From positions 10,534 through 74,533 of the IMG/VR virus record IMGVR_UViG_3300010400_000004: a DNA stretch of 64,000 nt; one strand, 5' to 3'. This DNA comes from a virus. The translations under genes and the position numbers were made by a program. The notes beneath the pieces were generated by a model. That model saw only the letters and a list, made by a program, of their open reading frames with translations, searched no databases and was not told the origin of the DNA. Shown here one piece after another: positions 46,159 through 55,192 of the stretch; within the stretch, counting starts at the first letter, position 1, and each line of letters starts with the position of its first letter.

Positions 46159-46977
46159 ATGAAAAAACTATCACGAATTTTGTTGACCTCAGCGATTTGT
46201 GGATTGTCGATCCTGGCATTGATCGCCGCTCCCAAAGGACATGCTGGAGGTAAAAAGCCCCCGAAGAATAACACGGGCTGGTGGTTGCCGCCACTGACGT
46301 TCATTTCTCTCGATCCAGCAAATTGGAGCATTCGATTTTCTATCGGCATGCCGCCGAAACCTACACAAAATCCCGCTGGCCCAGGATGGTTTTTCGATTT
46401 CCCGGTTCATGCTACTTCCAATTTTTCCGATTGTAATACGACAACGTGCGTTACCCCTGGTCCGGAGTCTGTGGCGGTGTCATGTTGCGAAAGCATTCAT
46501 TATCTGACGGTGCCCCATGCTGCCCCGCTTCCCGCAGGCCAGAGTCTCAAAGCAGTTATCGATATTTCGACTACGGGAAATCCGGTATTCCTTTACGACA
46601 CAGAACCCGGCAATACTGGCGGCAGTCCTGCCAGCGTTCGATTTTTTGTGCAAGTTTTGGAGAACCCTCGTCCGCCTCCTTACGTGATGCTTGATGAAAA
46701 CGCAAGGTGGTGGTCTAATCCGGTTGCGCTCACACTCCAGAATACTGGTGGAGCAGTTCTTGTTTCTGTGCCCATCGACCCGAGCCAATGGTCGAATGTC
46801 TCAGGACAGAGGGGAGACCTGAACTCCAACACGCTCGCTGCTTTCAACGAAGCTATGCAGAACCACGACGGAATCGGATTCACCTTCGGAGGTGGATCGT
46901 TCTTCGGTCACGGCGTCGGTTTGGCGGCTGGTGGCACTGCCCGATTTACTCTCACTGATTTGAGGATCGAACCTTGA
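46159..46977 (+). CDS. Secreted hypothetical protein
   Basis: Signal peptide MKKLSRILLTSAICGLSILALIAA; beta-rich body. Confidence 0.6.
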   Translation: MKKLSRILLTSAICGLSILALIAAPKGHAGGKKPPKNNTGWWLPPLTFISLDPANWSIRFSIGMPPKPTQNPAGPGWFFDFPVHATSNFSDCNTTTCVTPGPESVAVSCCESIHYLTVPHAAPLPAGQSLKAVIDISTTGNPVFLYDTEPGNTGGSPASVRFFVQVLENPRPPPYVMLDENARWWSNPVALTLQNTGGAVLVSVPIDPSQWSNVSGQRGDLNSNTLAAFNEAMQNHDGIGFTFGGGSFFGHGVGLAAGGTARFTLTDLRIEP

Positions 46978-47014
46978 AAAAGAAAAAAGGTCACAAGTCC
47001 AAGAAAAAAGGCTA

Positions 47015-47042
47015 TTGACGCCAGCCGTTCTTCTGCTATAGT
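47015..47042 (+). promoter_or_regulatory. Promoter TTGACG-N16-TATAGT
   Basis: ATG (47049) follows 6 nt after the -10 box. Confidence 0.65.
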
Positions 47043-47048
47043 TTTGAC

Positions 47049-47372
47049 ATGAACGAATTTTTCGAGCATGTCTTGAAGTTGTGTGAAGAACACGACATCG
47101 CAATTTATCTCCACCCCAAGTGCAGGCCCGTAGCTTTTCCTGAGGGCCGACAGATAAACATTCATCCGGTCCGGTCAGTTGTGAATTACTGTGAGGCACT
47201 CCATGAAATCGGACACATAATCACTTTTCGCTCGAATCAAACTCGCATGGAAAAAGAACTTGCCGCCTGGGAGTGGGCTGTAAACAACGCTCTTCAATGG
47301 GAAGAAGAGCACCATATTTTTATGGCGAAATGTCTTGCGCTTTGGCGGGAAGAGTGTAAAGTGAATGTATGA
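47049..47372 (+). CDS. Small HExxH metallopeptidase-like protein (ImmA/IrrE-like)
   Basis: ALHEIGH...EKELAAWEWA. Confidence 0.6.
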   Translation: MNEFFEHVLKLCEEHDIAIYLHPKCRPVAFPEGRQINIHPVRSVVNYCEALHEIGHIITFRSNQTRMEKELAAWEWAVNNALQWEEEHHIFMAKCLALWREECKVNV

Positions 47373-48148
47373 GTTATATCGAGCGAAATCCAGTTGAGGC
47401 GAAACAAGTCTATTCTTATATCCGGGTCAGTGGCAAAGGTCAAGTCGGCGGCGAAGGTCCGGACCGCCAGCGAGAAAGCATCAGCGCCTTCTGCTCAAAC
47501 AAGGCACAACTGATTGGAGAGTTTTTCGAGGCAGGCGTCAGCGGCACAGTTGACGGCCTGGACAGACCGGAATTCGCGGACATGATCGAGAGGATTGAGT
47601 CGTGTCGTTTAAACGGAATGGAAGTCGCGGGCTTCATCGTTGAACGGCTCGATCGGCTGGCGCGTGATTTAATGGTGCAAGAGGTTTTGCTGTCCGAGTG
47701 CCGCAAGCGGTCAATTTGCGTCTATGCGGCTGACCAGGGCGATTTTGTTGACTTGGCGAGTGATGCCGTCGATCCGACACGCAAACTCATTAGACAGGTA
47801 ATGGGCGCGATTGCTGAGTGGGAAAAATCTCAAACAGTTTTGAAGTTGCGTAAAGCGCGTCAAGCTGTTAAAAGAAAAACGGGACGGTGCGAAGGTCGCA
47901 AACCATACGGTGTTACACCGGAAGAACAGGCTATCCTGAAGGTGTTGCAGATTTTCGTCCGTCCCGAACATACTATTCAGGAAGTCGCGGACATCCTGAA
48001 TCAAGAAGGACTCCGGACTAGGTTCGGAACTGAGTGGAACCGCAAATCTGCATTCCGGATAATGAAGGTCGCCGGGGTGTGGACGAGGAAAGACCAGAGA
48101 GAACAACGGTTGAAAAACCTGAAAGGAACACATGGACGGAGCGTTTAA
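47369..48148 (+). CDS. Serine recombinase (resolvase/invertase catalytic domain plus partial recombinase domain)
   Basis: YIRVS..GQ; GVSG..DRP; ERLDRLARD; GRKPYG; LNQEG.RTR.G.EW. Confidence 0.9.
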   Translation: MSYIERNPVEAKQVYSYIRVSGKGQVGGEGPDRQRESISAFCSNKAQLIGEFFEAGVSGTVDGLDRPEFADMIERIESCRLNGMEVAGFIVERLDRLARDLMVQEVLLSECRKRSICVYAADQGDFVDLASDAVDPTRKLIRQVMGAIAEWEKSQTVLKLRKARQAVKRKTGRCEGRKPYGVTPEEQAILKVLQIFVRPEHTIQEVADILNQEGLRTRFGTEWNRKSAFRIMKVAGVWTRKDQREQRLKNLKGTHGRSV

Positions 48149-48334
48149 AGCATTTGTGAAGGGAAAGGGAACTTGCGTGGTGGAGGATTTCGCTCGCAGG
48201 CATCGGGAAGACTGCCAGATTCGTCTTGCGCGTAAGATGAACGGGGCTTTGCCTGAGTATATCAATGGCAACCCAAAGCAACCTAATTTGAAGCGGGGTA
48301 ATTAAGACTTTCCCAGCTTCAGACATAGCAATAG

Positions 48335-48372
48335 CGACCACTGGAGGGCAAAATTCCAGTGGCCGTTTTTTT
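48335..48372 (+). terminator. Intrinsic terminator overlapping the promoter of the tRNA cluster
   Basis: CGACCACTGGAG/TTCCAGTGGCCG hairpin followed by T7. Confidence 0.65.
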
Positions 48373-48393
48373 GTGCCTAGGTCACTTATCTTA

Positions 48394-48471
48394 TGCGGGC
48401 GGCTGGTGTGAATCAGGAGTCGCCTCATAAGCTTGCTGTTGAAACGGGTTCAACTCCCGTGCCCGCAACCA
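48394..48471 (+). tRNA. tRNA-Met-like (CAT) with mispaired anticodon stem
   Basis: TGCGGGC/GCCCGCA; loop CTCATAA; T-arm ACGGG-TTCAACT-CCCGT; ACCA end. Confidence 0.65.
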
Positions 48472-48473
48472 GT

Positions 48474-48548
48474 GGGACTGTAGTTTAACGGGAGAATGAC
48501 CGGCTTGCACCCGGTAGATGTCAGTTCGATTCTGACCTGTATCCACCA
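48474..48548 (+). tRNA. tRNA-Ala (TGC) with irregular acceptor stem
   Basis: ACCGG-CTTGCAC-CCGGT; GTCAG-TTCGATT-CTGAC; G3:U70 possible; ACCA end. Confidence 0.75.
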
Positions 48549-48554
48549 ATTTTT

Positions 48555-48630
48555 CGGAATGTAATGTCAGCGGAAGACGGCTCGGCCTGGAACCGAGAGG
48601 CCGAAGGTTCGAATCCTTCCATTCCGACCA
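48555..48630 (+). tRNA. tRNA-Pro (TGG) with atypical C33 and A37
   Basis: CGGAATG/CATTCCG; CTCGG-CCTGGAA-CCGAG; GAAGG-TTCGAAT-CCTTC; ACCA end. Confidence 0.8.
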
Positions 48631-48639
48631 ATTTTTTAT

Positions 48640-48711
48640 AGGGGTCTGGTGTAAATGGAACACGCCGGGAGAATTCCCGGGGATGGTCATCTGAAGGGCC
48701 GACCCCTGCCA
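48640..48711 (+). ncRNA. tRNA-shaped RNA lacking a normal anticodon loop and T-loop
   Basis: AGGGGTC/GACCCCT followed by GCCA; D-arm GTGT/ACAC; CCGGG-AGAATT-CCCGG. Confidence 0.65.
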
Positions 48712-48836
48712 GTTGTCAGCAGAGTGCGATACCAACCGGAATAGGCCCCGGTCGTTGCAACGAGTTCCTACCCTATGTTCAGACGCCATAGGGAATCAGG
48801 AATGTGGCTCAGTTCCACGGTCTCACTCTGCAACCA
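48712..48836 (+). ncRNA. CCA-terminated ~120-nt multi-stem RNA
   Basis: GCAGAGTG/CACTCTGC closing stem; four internal hairpins; ends AACCA followed by ATTTT like the neighbouring tRNAs. Confidence 0.6.
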
Positions 48837-49008
48837 ATTTTGAAAAAGAAGAAAATAGTTTACACACGAATCGATACTTCGCCCGCAGCACCCAGGCGAC
48901 AAGGCGAGGACATTCGACTTTGGGACGAAGCCTGGAGACGCGCCGGATACTCAACGAAGATTTTGATCCCCGGGGTTAATCTGCCACTTTTCGCAAAGTT
49001 TGCTGAAC

Positions 49009-50955
49009 ATGCTGACCGACCCACTTGAGAAATCCATCTCGGCTCGGGTAGCGAGTTACGTTCACGCCAACAAAAAATTCGAGGCGGCGAATTTCATTGA
49101 CGATGCTCTCCGCCTGAATCTCAGGCTCGAAGATAATCCGAAGCAATACATTCCGGTGTTGCTTCATTACATTCACCACCTCCTGAATACGGGCGGACCG
49201 GCTGAAGCTGCTCAAATACTTTGGACACCGAGTCAATTTTCTCCGCACCCACAATACACACAAGACGTGTGGAAACTTTTCGATCGGACTTCCCAAGGTC
49301 TGATTATGGGCGCGGCAAGTTGTAGCAAATCTTATGGAATGGGCGTTCGTTTTTTTCTTGAGTGGTTACGTGATCCAGAGTGGACAGACATTCGTTTGCT
49401 TGGACCTAGCGAAGCACACCTCGAACAAAATCTTTTCTCTCATCTCGTGCGACTTCACAAGACGGCAACTCTGCCGATGCCCGGTGAAATTGGAGAGTTG
49501 TTCATCGGCCTCGATCGACGCAACCAACTCTCAAGCATCAAGGGAGTAATTATCCCGATTGGTCAAAAGAAAAAGGCGGGAAGACTTCAGGGCGCGAAAC
49601 AAATCGGGCGAACAGTTCCGCACCATGTTTTCGGAACGCGCTCCCGGCTTTTTATTTTCATCGACGAAATTGAAAATGTTCCTGGCGGTCTCTGGTCCGA
49701 TGTCGATAACATCCTTTCTAATATTCAGGAAGAAGGCGATCCGAGTGGCTTCAAAGTGATGGGAGCTTTTAATCCGACAAATCAGGGAGATGAAGTAGCA
49801 AAGAGAGTTGAACCGCCCTTTGGTTGGGAAGGTTTCGACATTGAAAGTCATTATGAGTGGGTCTCGAAACGTGGCTGGGATGTTCTCCGTCTCGACGGTG
49901 AGCGATCGGAGAATGTAACCTCGGGCAAGGTTGTTTTTCCCGGCTTGCAAACAGATAACGGCCTCAAGGTTATCGCTCGCAATGCAGGTGGCAAACAAGC
50001 CGCAGGATATTTTTCAATGGGGCGCGGGGCTTATCCGCCACAAGGAATAGAATTGACAGTGATTCCTCCAGGCATGCTCGCGAAATGGAGGGGAAAGTTT
50101 ATTTGGTATGACGAACCTCGGCCAGTTGGAAGCGAAGACCTTGCTCTCGAAGGTGGAGCAGCAGCGATTTACACTTTGGGAAAATGGGGGAGAGCAACAG
50201 GTATTCTTTTTCCTCCTTCACTTGAATTTCCCCAAGGGCGTAAGTTCATGTTCAAGGACAGAAACGGGCACTCAATATCTCGATGGGCGTTACAGGCTAA
50301 CCAACAGTTCATCGTGCCAAAGGGCGATACCATAGCGATGAAGGATCGAACGATTGAGGTAAATCGACGCGCAGCAGTGCGTGGGGAATATTTTGCTTGT
50401 GACAGAACAGGCGCGGGCGCGGGAATTGCAGATTTGCTCAAGCATGAATATTCTCCGAGTATCCATGATGTGAATTATTCCGAGGCGTGCAGCAAAGACA
50501 AAATCATGGTCGAGGATACCAAGACATGCGATCAACAATTCGAGCGAATGAATTCAGAGCTTTGGTTTGCAATGCGATCCTGGGGAGAGTTTCAATATTT
50601 TCTTATCAGTCCTGAAATCGACATGACAAAACTTCACGGCCAGCTAACGCAGCGAAAGTTTCGCACTGTTGGAGGTAAGAGTCGCGTCGAGCCGAAGAAA
50701 GACTATATGTCGAGAGGATTCGAGTCTCCGGACGAAGCGGACAGTCTCACGTTGCTCGTTCACGCCGCTCGTAAAGGCTCAGGCGTAACACTCAGCATGT
50801 CCCTCGATAACCAAGGTGAAATCGGCGGAGGCGACGACATGGACGGTTGGTATGATGAAATGACTTTGGTGGGCGGATCGAGGATCGACGAAAGCAATCG
50901 CACGAGTTTTCTCGATGACGGCAACAGGCCGATGAGGGAGGACGCGATTTTGTGA
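49009..50955 (+). CDS. terL: Terminase large subunit
   Basis: Deviant Walker A GAASCSKS; Walker B IFIDE; FNP; RNase H-like acidic residues (EDLA, CDRTG, SPDEADS). Confidence 0.8.
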   Translation: MLTDPLEKSISARVASYVHANKKFEAANFIDDALRLNLRLEDNPKQYIPVLLHYIHHLLNTGGPAEAAQILWTPSQFSPHPQYTQDVWKLFDRTSQGLIMGAASCSKSYGMGVRFFLEWLRDPEWTDIRLLGPSEAHLEQNLFSHLVRLHKTATLPMPGEIGELFIGLDRRNQLSSIKGVIIPIGQKKKAGRLQGAKQIGRTVPHHVFGTRSRLFIFIDEIENVPGGLWSDVDNILSNIQEEGDPSGFKVMGAFNPTNQGDEVAKRVEPPFGWEGFDIESHYEWVSKRGWDVLRLDGERSENVTSGKVVFPGLQTDNGLKVIARNAGGKQAAGYFSMGRGAYPPQGIELTVIPPGMLAKWRGKFIWYDEPRPVGSEDLALEGGAAAIYTLGKWGRATGILFPPSLEFPQGRKFMFKDRNGHSISRWALQANQQFIVPKGDTIAMKDRTIEVNRRAAVRGEYFACDRTGAGAGIADLLKHEYSPSIHDVNYSEACSKDKIMVEDTKTCDQQFERMNSELWFAMRSWGEFQYFLISPEIDMTKLHGQLTQRKFRTVGGKSRVEPKKDYMSRGFESPDEADSLTLLVHAARKGSGVTLSMSLDNQGEIGGGDDMDGWYDEMTLVGGSRIDESNRTSFLDDGNRPMREDAIL

Positions 50956-51176
50956 ACAAAATAATCAATGGCGAGTGGTGGAAATTAACCGAGGTGTATG
51001 TCTCGCCGTGCGGATTCGTCGCTCATTGGTTCAGTCATTCCGGACAACATTTTTATGAACCTCTCAAAACGAAGTGTGAAATTGATAGCAAAAGCCCTGG
51101 CCAAAGAAGTTACTCGTTCCAAACGAGAGTGGAGGATTTTCTTCAAGCGGGCACTCGATGCTCTGCCGCGTAAATA

Positions 51177-51758
51177 ATGGAACGAATCAACGTAAATCTT
51201 TTCCCGAAAGACGGGTATCTCTTCAAGGACTCAGACGGAACGACCGTCGCGGGCAACACCTGGGATGGAGTTGTGGCCCGAGTGCGAGCATATCGCAAAC
51301 GTGCTGGTCTTCCTCCAGGCGATCCGGAGAATGAAGTGCGGGCACAAGCATGTCAGAGAAATCCGGCTCTCTGCACGAACGATGATGGACAGCACGCCGC
51401 AGCGGTGAAAGTGGCTACGCTAAAATCGAGGATACTTCAGTGGTTCGCCCGCGTGAAACGGGAAAACTCCCGATTGCCAATAGAATTTTTCAAGTTCGAA
51501 GAGGACATGAAAAAACACGCGGACATTTGCGCGAGTTGCCCGCAGAATAAAGAAATGCCTGATGGTTGTTCCAGTTGCAGGGCGGCAGTGTCGGAACTGA
51601 GGTCAGAGATTATTGGAGGACGCCGGGTTGATGGACGCCTGACACACCACGGCTGCAATGTCCTTGGCTCGGACCTTGCGACATCGGTTTGGATAAACGA
51701 GCCAACGGTCGATAACCCGGAATTACCCGGCCATTGCTGGAGAAAGCGCACTCTATGA
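51177..51758 (+). CDS. Cys-rich hypothetical protein
   Basis: Several CxxC pairs. Confidence 0.6.
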   Translation: MERINVNLFPKDGYLFKDSDGTTVAGNTWDGVVARVRAYRKRAGLPPGDPENEVRAQACQRNPALCTNDDGQHAAAVKVATLKSRILQWFARVKRENSRLPIEFFKFEEDMKKHADICASCPQNKEMPDGCSSCRAAVSELRSEIIGGRRVDGRLTHHGCNVLGSDLATSVWINEPTVDNPELPGHCWRKRTL

Positions 51759-51789
51759 TGATTACCATTCTTTTAGCGGTCACACTCGC

Positions 51790-52095
51790 TTGGTGTATTT
51801 GGGATTCTCGCAACGACCCCGATCAAAACTGGTGAAAAAGATTTTTCAACTCTCCTGGGCGGCGATCCGGTTACTCATTGCAAGGTTTCTTGGTTATCGC
51901 ACGATAACGACCGTGCCAGAGAGGGCGCAGCGTTTAAACGTGTGCGAACCTTGCGGATATTTTGAGCCAAACGAACGTCTTTGCACTGTTTGCGGCTGCT
52001 TCACTGATGCCAAGGTGATTCTGACAACCGAGAAGTGCCCTAAGAAGAAATGGTTGCCTATTTGGGACCGCAAGCGCACTACTCAATCGAAGTAA
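51790..52095 (+). CDS. Small Cys-rich protein (CxxC...CxxCGC...CP..KW)
   Basis: RLNVCEPC...CTVCGC...KCPKKKW. Confidence 0.6.
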   Translation: MVYLGFSQRPRSKLVKKIFQLSWAAIRLLIARFLGYRTITTVPERAQRLNVCEPCGYFEPNERLCTVCGCFTDAKVILTTEKCPKKKWLPIWDRKRTTQSK

Positions 52096-52096
52096 T

Positions 52097-54205
52097 ATGC
52101 CCGATAATTTAGGGACCGAATACCAGACTGGCCAAGACTACCCCGGCACGATAATTCAATCTCCGCAGATTGATTCATCCGGTGAACCGACCCAACGAAG
52201 CATCAAAGATGCGAACATGGGCCGCGAAGTGGTCAAACTCATTATCCAGGCAGGCAGAAACCGATCGATCGTTGGCTCTCGAATCCTGGCGAAATACAAC
52301 GCAGAGAGGCCATACGATAGCTACAAGTTAGAGGCAGAAGGTCTCGGGTGGAAGCAAAACTTCACGACCAAGCCAATGCCAAGCATGATCGAGAAAGTCG
52401 CACCTCGATTCACTCAGGCAGTTGACGGACTGAAATATCTCACCAACTCAAAACTTTCCGAAGATTGGGAAAACGCCTCAGAGAAAACGGAGACTTTTCG
52501 TGAAGTGATTACGCGCACGATTCGAGGGCGCAAGGGATGGACTACTCTCGTTGACGACATCGCTTTTAACAACGCCCTCTTTGGTTATTCCGCTGTTGCT
52601 TGGCTCGACGAGTTTACTTGGTTCCCGAACCATTTCAAATTCGATGAAGCGTTCGCTCCCGATGGAACGAAGCAGGATAGCACGTATTGTCAGGTAATGA
52701 TTTTGAAGGAAACTTTTCTTCCGAATGAATTGTTTTCAAAAATCCGTGACGCAGAATCAGCGAAGCAATCCGGATACAACCTCGAAGAAACCCGGGCCGA
52801 GATCAACATCGCCAGTCCGGTGCAGATTCGCGATCGTCTCAATGTCGGCGGCACGCTCGAATTTTGGTATCAGAACGCTTTGCGAGAATTGACTATTGGC
52901 GCAAGTTACATGGCGGGCGCGAGCGTGATTGTTGTTTATCACTTACTCGCTCGCGAGGTAAACGGAAAAGTTTCCCATTATCAATTTGCTGGCCCAGGTC
53001 TCAAAGCGATTTTTTCTAAGGACGACAGGTTCGAATCGATGGAAGCCTGCCTTACATTTTTCTCTTACCAAAAAGGAAACGGCACCCTTCACGGTTCGAA
53101 AGGCGTTGGTCGTGACATTTACGAACTCGCTGGGATGATCGACAGAACACGAAATGAAATCGTCGATCGGGCTATTCTTTCAGGAAAAATTCCGATTCAA
53201 GGCGACGTAAAACGCATTCATACTTTCAAAATGTCGGTCGTTGGCATGACGTGTATTTTCCCGACCGGCTGGAATATTTTGGAGCAACGTCTCGACGGCA
53301 ACATTGAACCTTTCCTCAAACTCGATGCTTACTTTTCTAGTCTTGTGGATCAGCTTATTGGCAATACTTCTCCACCTCAAATGGCAGGAGGCGAAGCGTT
53401 CCGATCACCGGCTGCGTGGAACCTTCTTGCAGCGCGGGAAGAAGAAGGAAAAGATTCGCGCATAACTCGTTTTATGACGCAGTTCGTGAATATGGTGCAA
53501 ACAATGCAGCGACGAATTTGCGACAAAGAAACGATCGAAGATGATGCGAAAGCCGCCCAGGAAGAACTTCTCAAGAAGATGACTCGGAAAGAAGTTGATG
53601 AACTCGCGAAATATCCTGTGGCTGGAACTGTTCGAGACTTGACTCCGCTCGAACGCCAAATGATAGCTCTCGTGGCTACTGAAAAAAAGGGAAATCCGTT
53701 ATACAATCAGAGAGCGTTGGAGGTGGAGGATTTGACAGCTCGTGTGGGAACTGAATTTGCAGAACGAGTTTTGTTACCCGGCAACGATCCTTCTGAGGAA
53801 GCGGAACAGCACCGACTTCAGCAATTCGAATCTAATATTTTGTTGCAAGGGGCTGCTGTCCCGGTTTCGGCAAGAGATTCGCACATTGTGCATCTCCAGA
53901 CACTTTTACCGTTAGCAGAACAAGTTGGCGGGGGTATTATGAACGGACAAACTCCGAACGGAACCCAAGTTTTTGAGGCTATTATATCCCACGCAGCAGA
54001 ACATTACTCTCGTGCGGAAGAACAGGGAGCGGATAAAAAACTTCTAGCACCCGTAAAACAGTTTTTGGATAAGGCAATTCCTACGCTTCAGCAGTTGAAG
54101 CAAATCGACAGTCAGCAAAATTCCATCGGCCAAGCCCTCGGACACCCCGATCAACAAATACCCCCGGATGAGCAACAACAGGCACAATCTTCCGCAGCAG
54201 TCTAA
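52097..54205 (+). CDS. Portal protein
   Basis: 702-aa ORF after terL with a Gln-rich helical C-terminal barrel; podovirus-like synteny. Confidence 0.7.
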   Translation: MPDNLGTEYQTGQDYPGTIIQSPQIDSSGEPTQRSIKDANMGREVVKLIIQAGRNRSIVGSRILAKYNAERPYDSYKLEAEGLGWKQNFTTKPMPSMIEKVAPRFTQAVDGLKYLTNSKLSEDWENASEKTETFREVITRTIRGRKGWTTLVDDIAFNNALFGYSAVAWLDEFTWFPNHFKFDEAFAPDGTKQDSTYCQVMILKETFLPNELFSKIRDAESAKQSGYNLEETRAEINIASPVQIRDRLNVGGTLEFWYQNALRELTIGASYMAGASVIVVYHLLAREVNGKVSHYQFAGPGLKAIFSKDDRFESMEACLTFFSYQKGNGTLHGSKGVGRDIYELAGMIDRTRNEIVDRAILSGKIPIQGDVKRIHTFKMSVVGMTCIFPTGWNILEQRLDGNIEPFLKLDAYFSSLVDQLIGNTSPPQMAGGEAFRSPAAWNLLAAREEEGKDSRITRFMTQFVNMVQTMQRRICDKETIEDDAKAAQEELLKKMTRKEVDELAKYPVAGTVRDLTPLERQMIALVATEKKGNPLYNQRALEVEDLTARVGTEFAERVLLPGNDPSEEAEQHRLQQFESNILLQGAAVPVSARDSHIVHLQTLLPLAEQVGGGIMNGQTPNGTQVFEAIISHAAEHYSRAEEQGADKKLLAPVKQFLDKAIPTLQQLKQIDSQQNSIGQALGHPDQQIPPDEQQQAQSSAAV

Positions 54206-54881
54206 ACTTTTCACATTATACGGATTGAAGCGTCCCGACGAGGACCGAATCCGATATATTGGGATCACGTCGTCGAGCTTGAAGCTTCGTCTTAGAAAAC
54301 ATATTACTGATAAAGGAAGCAACACTCATAAAGATCACTGGATCAATAAAATGTTTCCTTTAATGCCCGTGATAATTCCGATCGCGGTGGAATTATCTTT
54401 TGACGAAGCGTGTGATTTAGAGATTTTCTTGATACAGTCTCTTCGAGAAAAATTGAATTTGGTGAATATTTCGAACGGCGGGACCGCTCCCACGTTGGGG
54501 CGTAAAGCATCCGAAGAAACTAGAGAAAAATTGCGCCGGATACATACGGGAAAAAAGCAAACTCCAGAGCACATAAAAAACTCTTCTGATGCCCGAAGAG
54601 GTTGGAAACATTCTCCGGAAACAATTCTAAAATATAGTCAGACTCGAAGGGGTCGGAAGCACTCTGAGGAAACAAAAAAGAAAATGTCGGAATCTCAAAA
54701 AGGAAAACATTTTGTAACTGAAGAAGGTAAACTTAGTATTTCTAGGGCTAATTCCGGATCGGGTAACGGCATGTTCGGGAAGAAGTATTCTGAAGAGGAA
54801 AGAAAAAAACTTGCAGTCTCTCAGCAACTCAGAAGAGGCCGGGAAAAAATGGAACGAATACTCGCAGAAATGTGGAGATAA
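54168..54881 (+). CDS. GIY-YIG homing endonuclease with NUMOD3 repeats
   Basis: LYGL...IRYIGIT; HSEETKKKMS repeats. Confidence 0.9.
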   Translation: MSNNRHNLPQQSKLFTLYGLKRPDEDRIRYIGITSSSLKLRLRKHITDKGSNTHKDHWINKMFPLMPVIIPIAVELSFDEACDLEIFLIQSLREKLNLVNISNGGTAPTLGRKASEETREKLRRIHTGKKQTPEHIKNSSDARRGWKHSPETILKYSQTRRGRKHSEETKKKMSESQKGKHFVTEEGKLSISRANSGSGNGMFGKKYSEEERKKLAVSQQLRRGREKMERILAEMWR

Positions 54882-54883
54882 CT

Positions 54884-55189
54884 ATGGCCGAAATAGAATT
54901 CAATTCCGAGGACCAGTCACTTCTCAGACAATTTTTGGAATCCCGTTCGGGACTAAAATTTGCTCCGAGACTTGCTGAACTAGCGCCGACGTTACTCGAC
55001 GGCGGACATGCGAACAAAACTCTCGTTCGCAATGGCGAGCTGCGTGGATACCAACAAGCTCTCCAGAATATTTTCTTTCTCGCATACCCGCCCGCAGAAG
55101 CCCCGAAAGAAACCCAGGCGTATCCTCCGATCGAAGACGACTCACAGTGGAACGATGGACAAAAACTCAGTGAACCGGAGAAGAAATAA
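54884..55189 (+). CDS. Hypothetical head-module protein
   Basis: ORF between portal and scaffold. Confidence 0.55.
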   Translation: MAEIEFNSEDQSLLRQFLESRSGLKFAPRLAELAPTLLDGGHANKTLVRNGELRGYQQALQNIFFLAYPPAEAPKETQAYPPIEDDSQWNDGQKLSEPEKK

Positions 55190-55192
55190 TTT

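Noticed and set aside
48391-48979. ORFs 48391-48789 (-) and 48713-48979 (+)
   Set aside because: They overlap the tRNA/ncRNA array and are translations of RNA genes.
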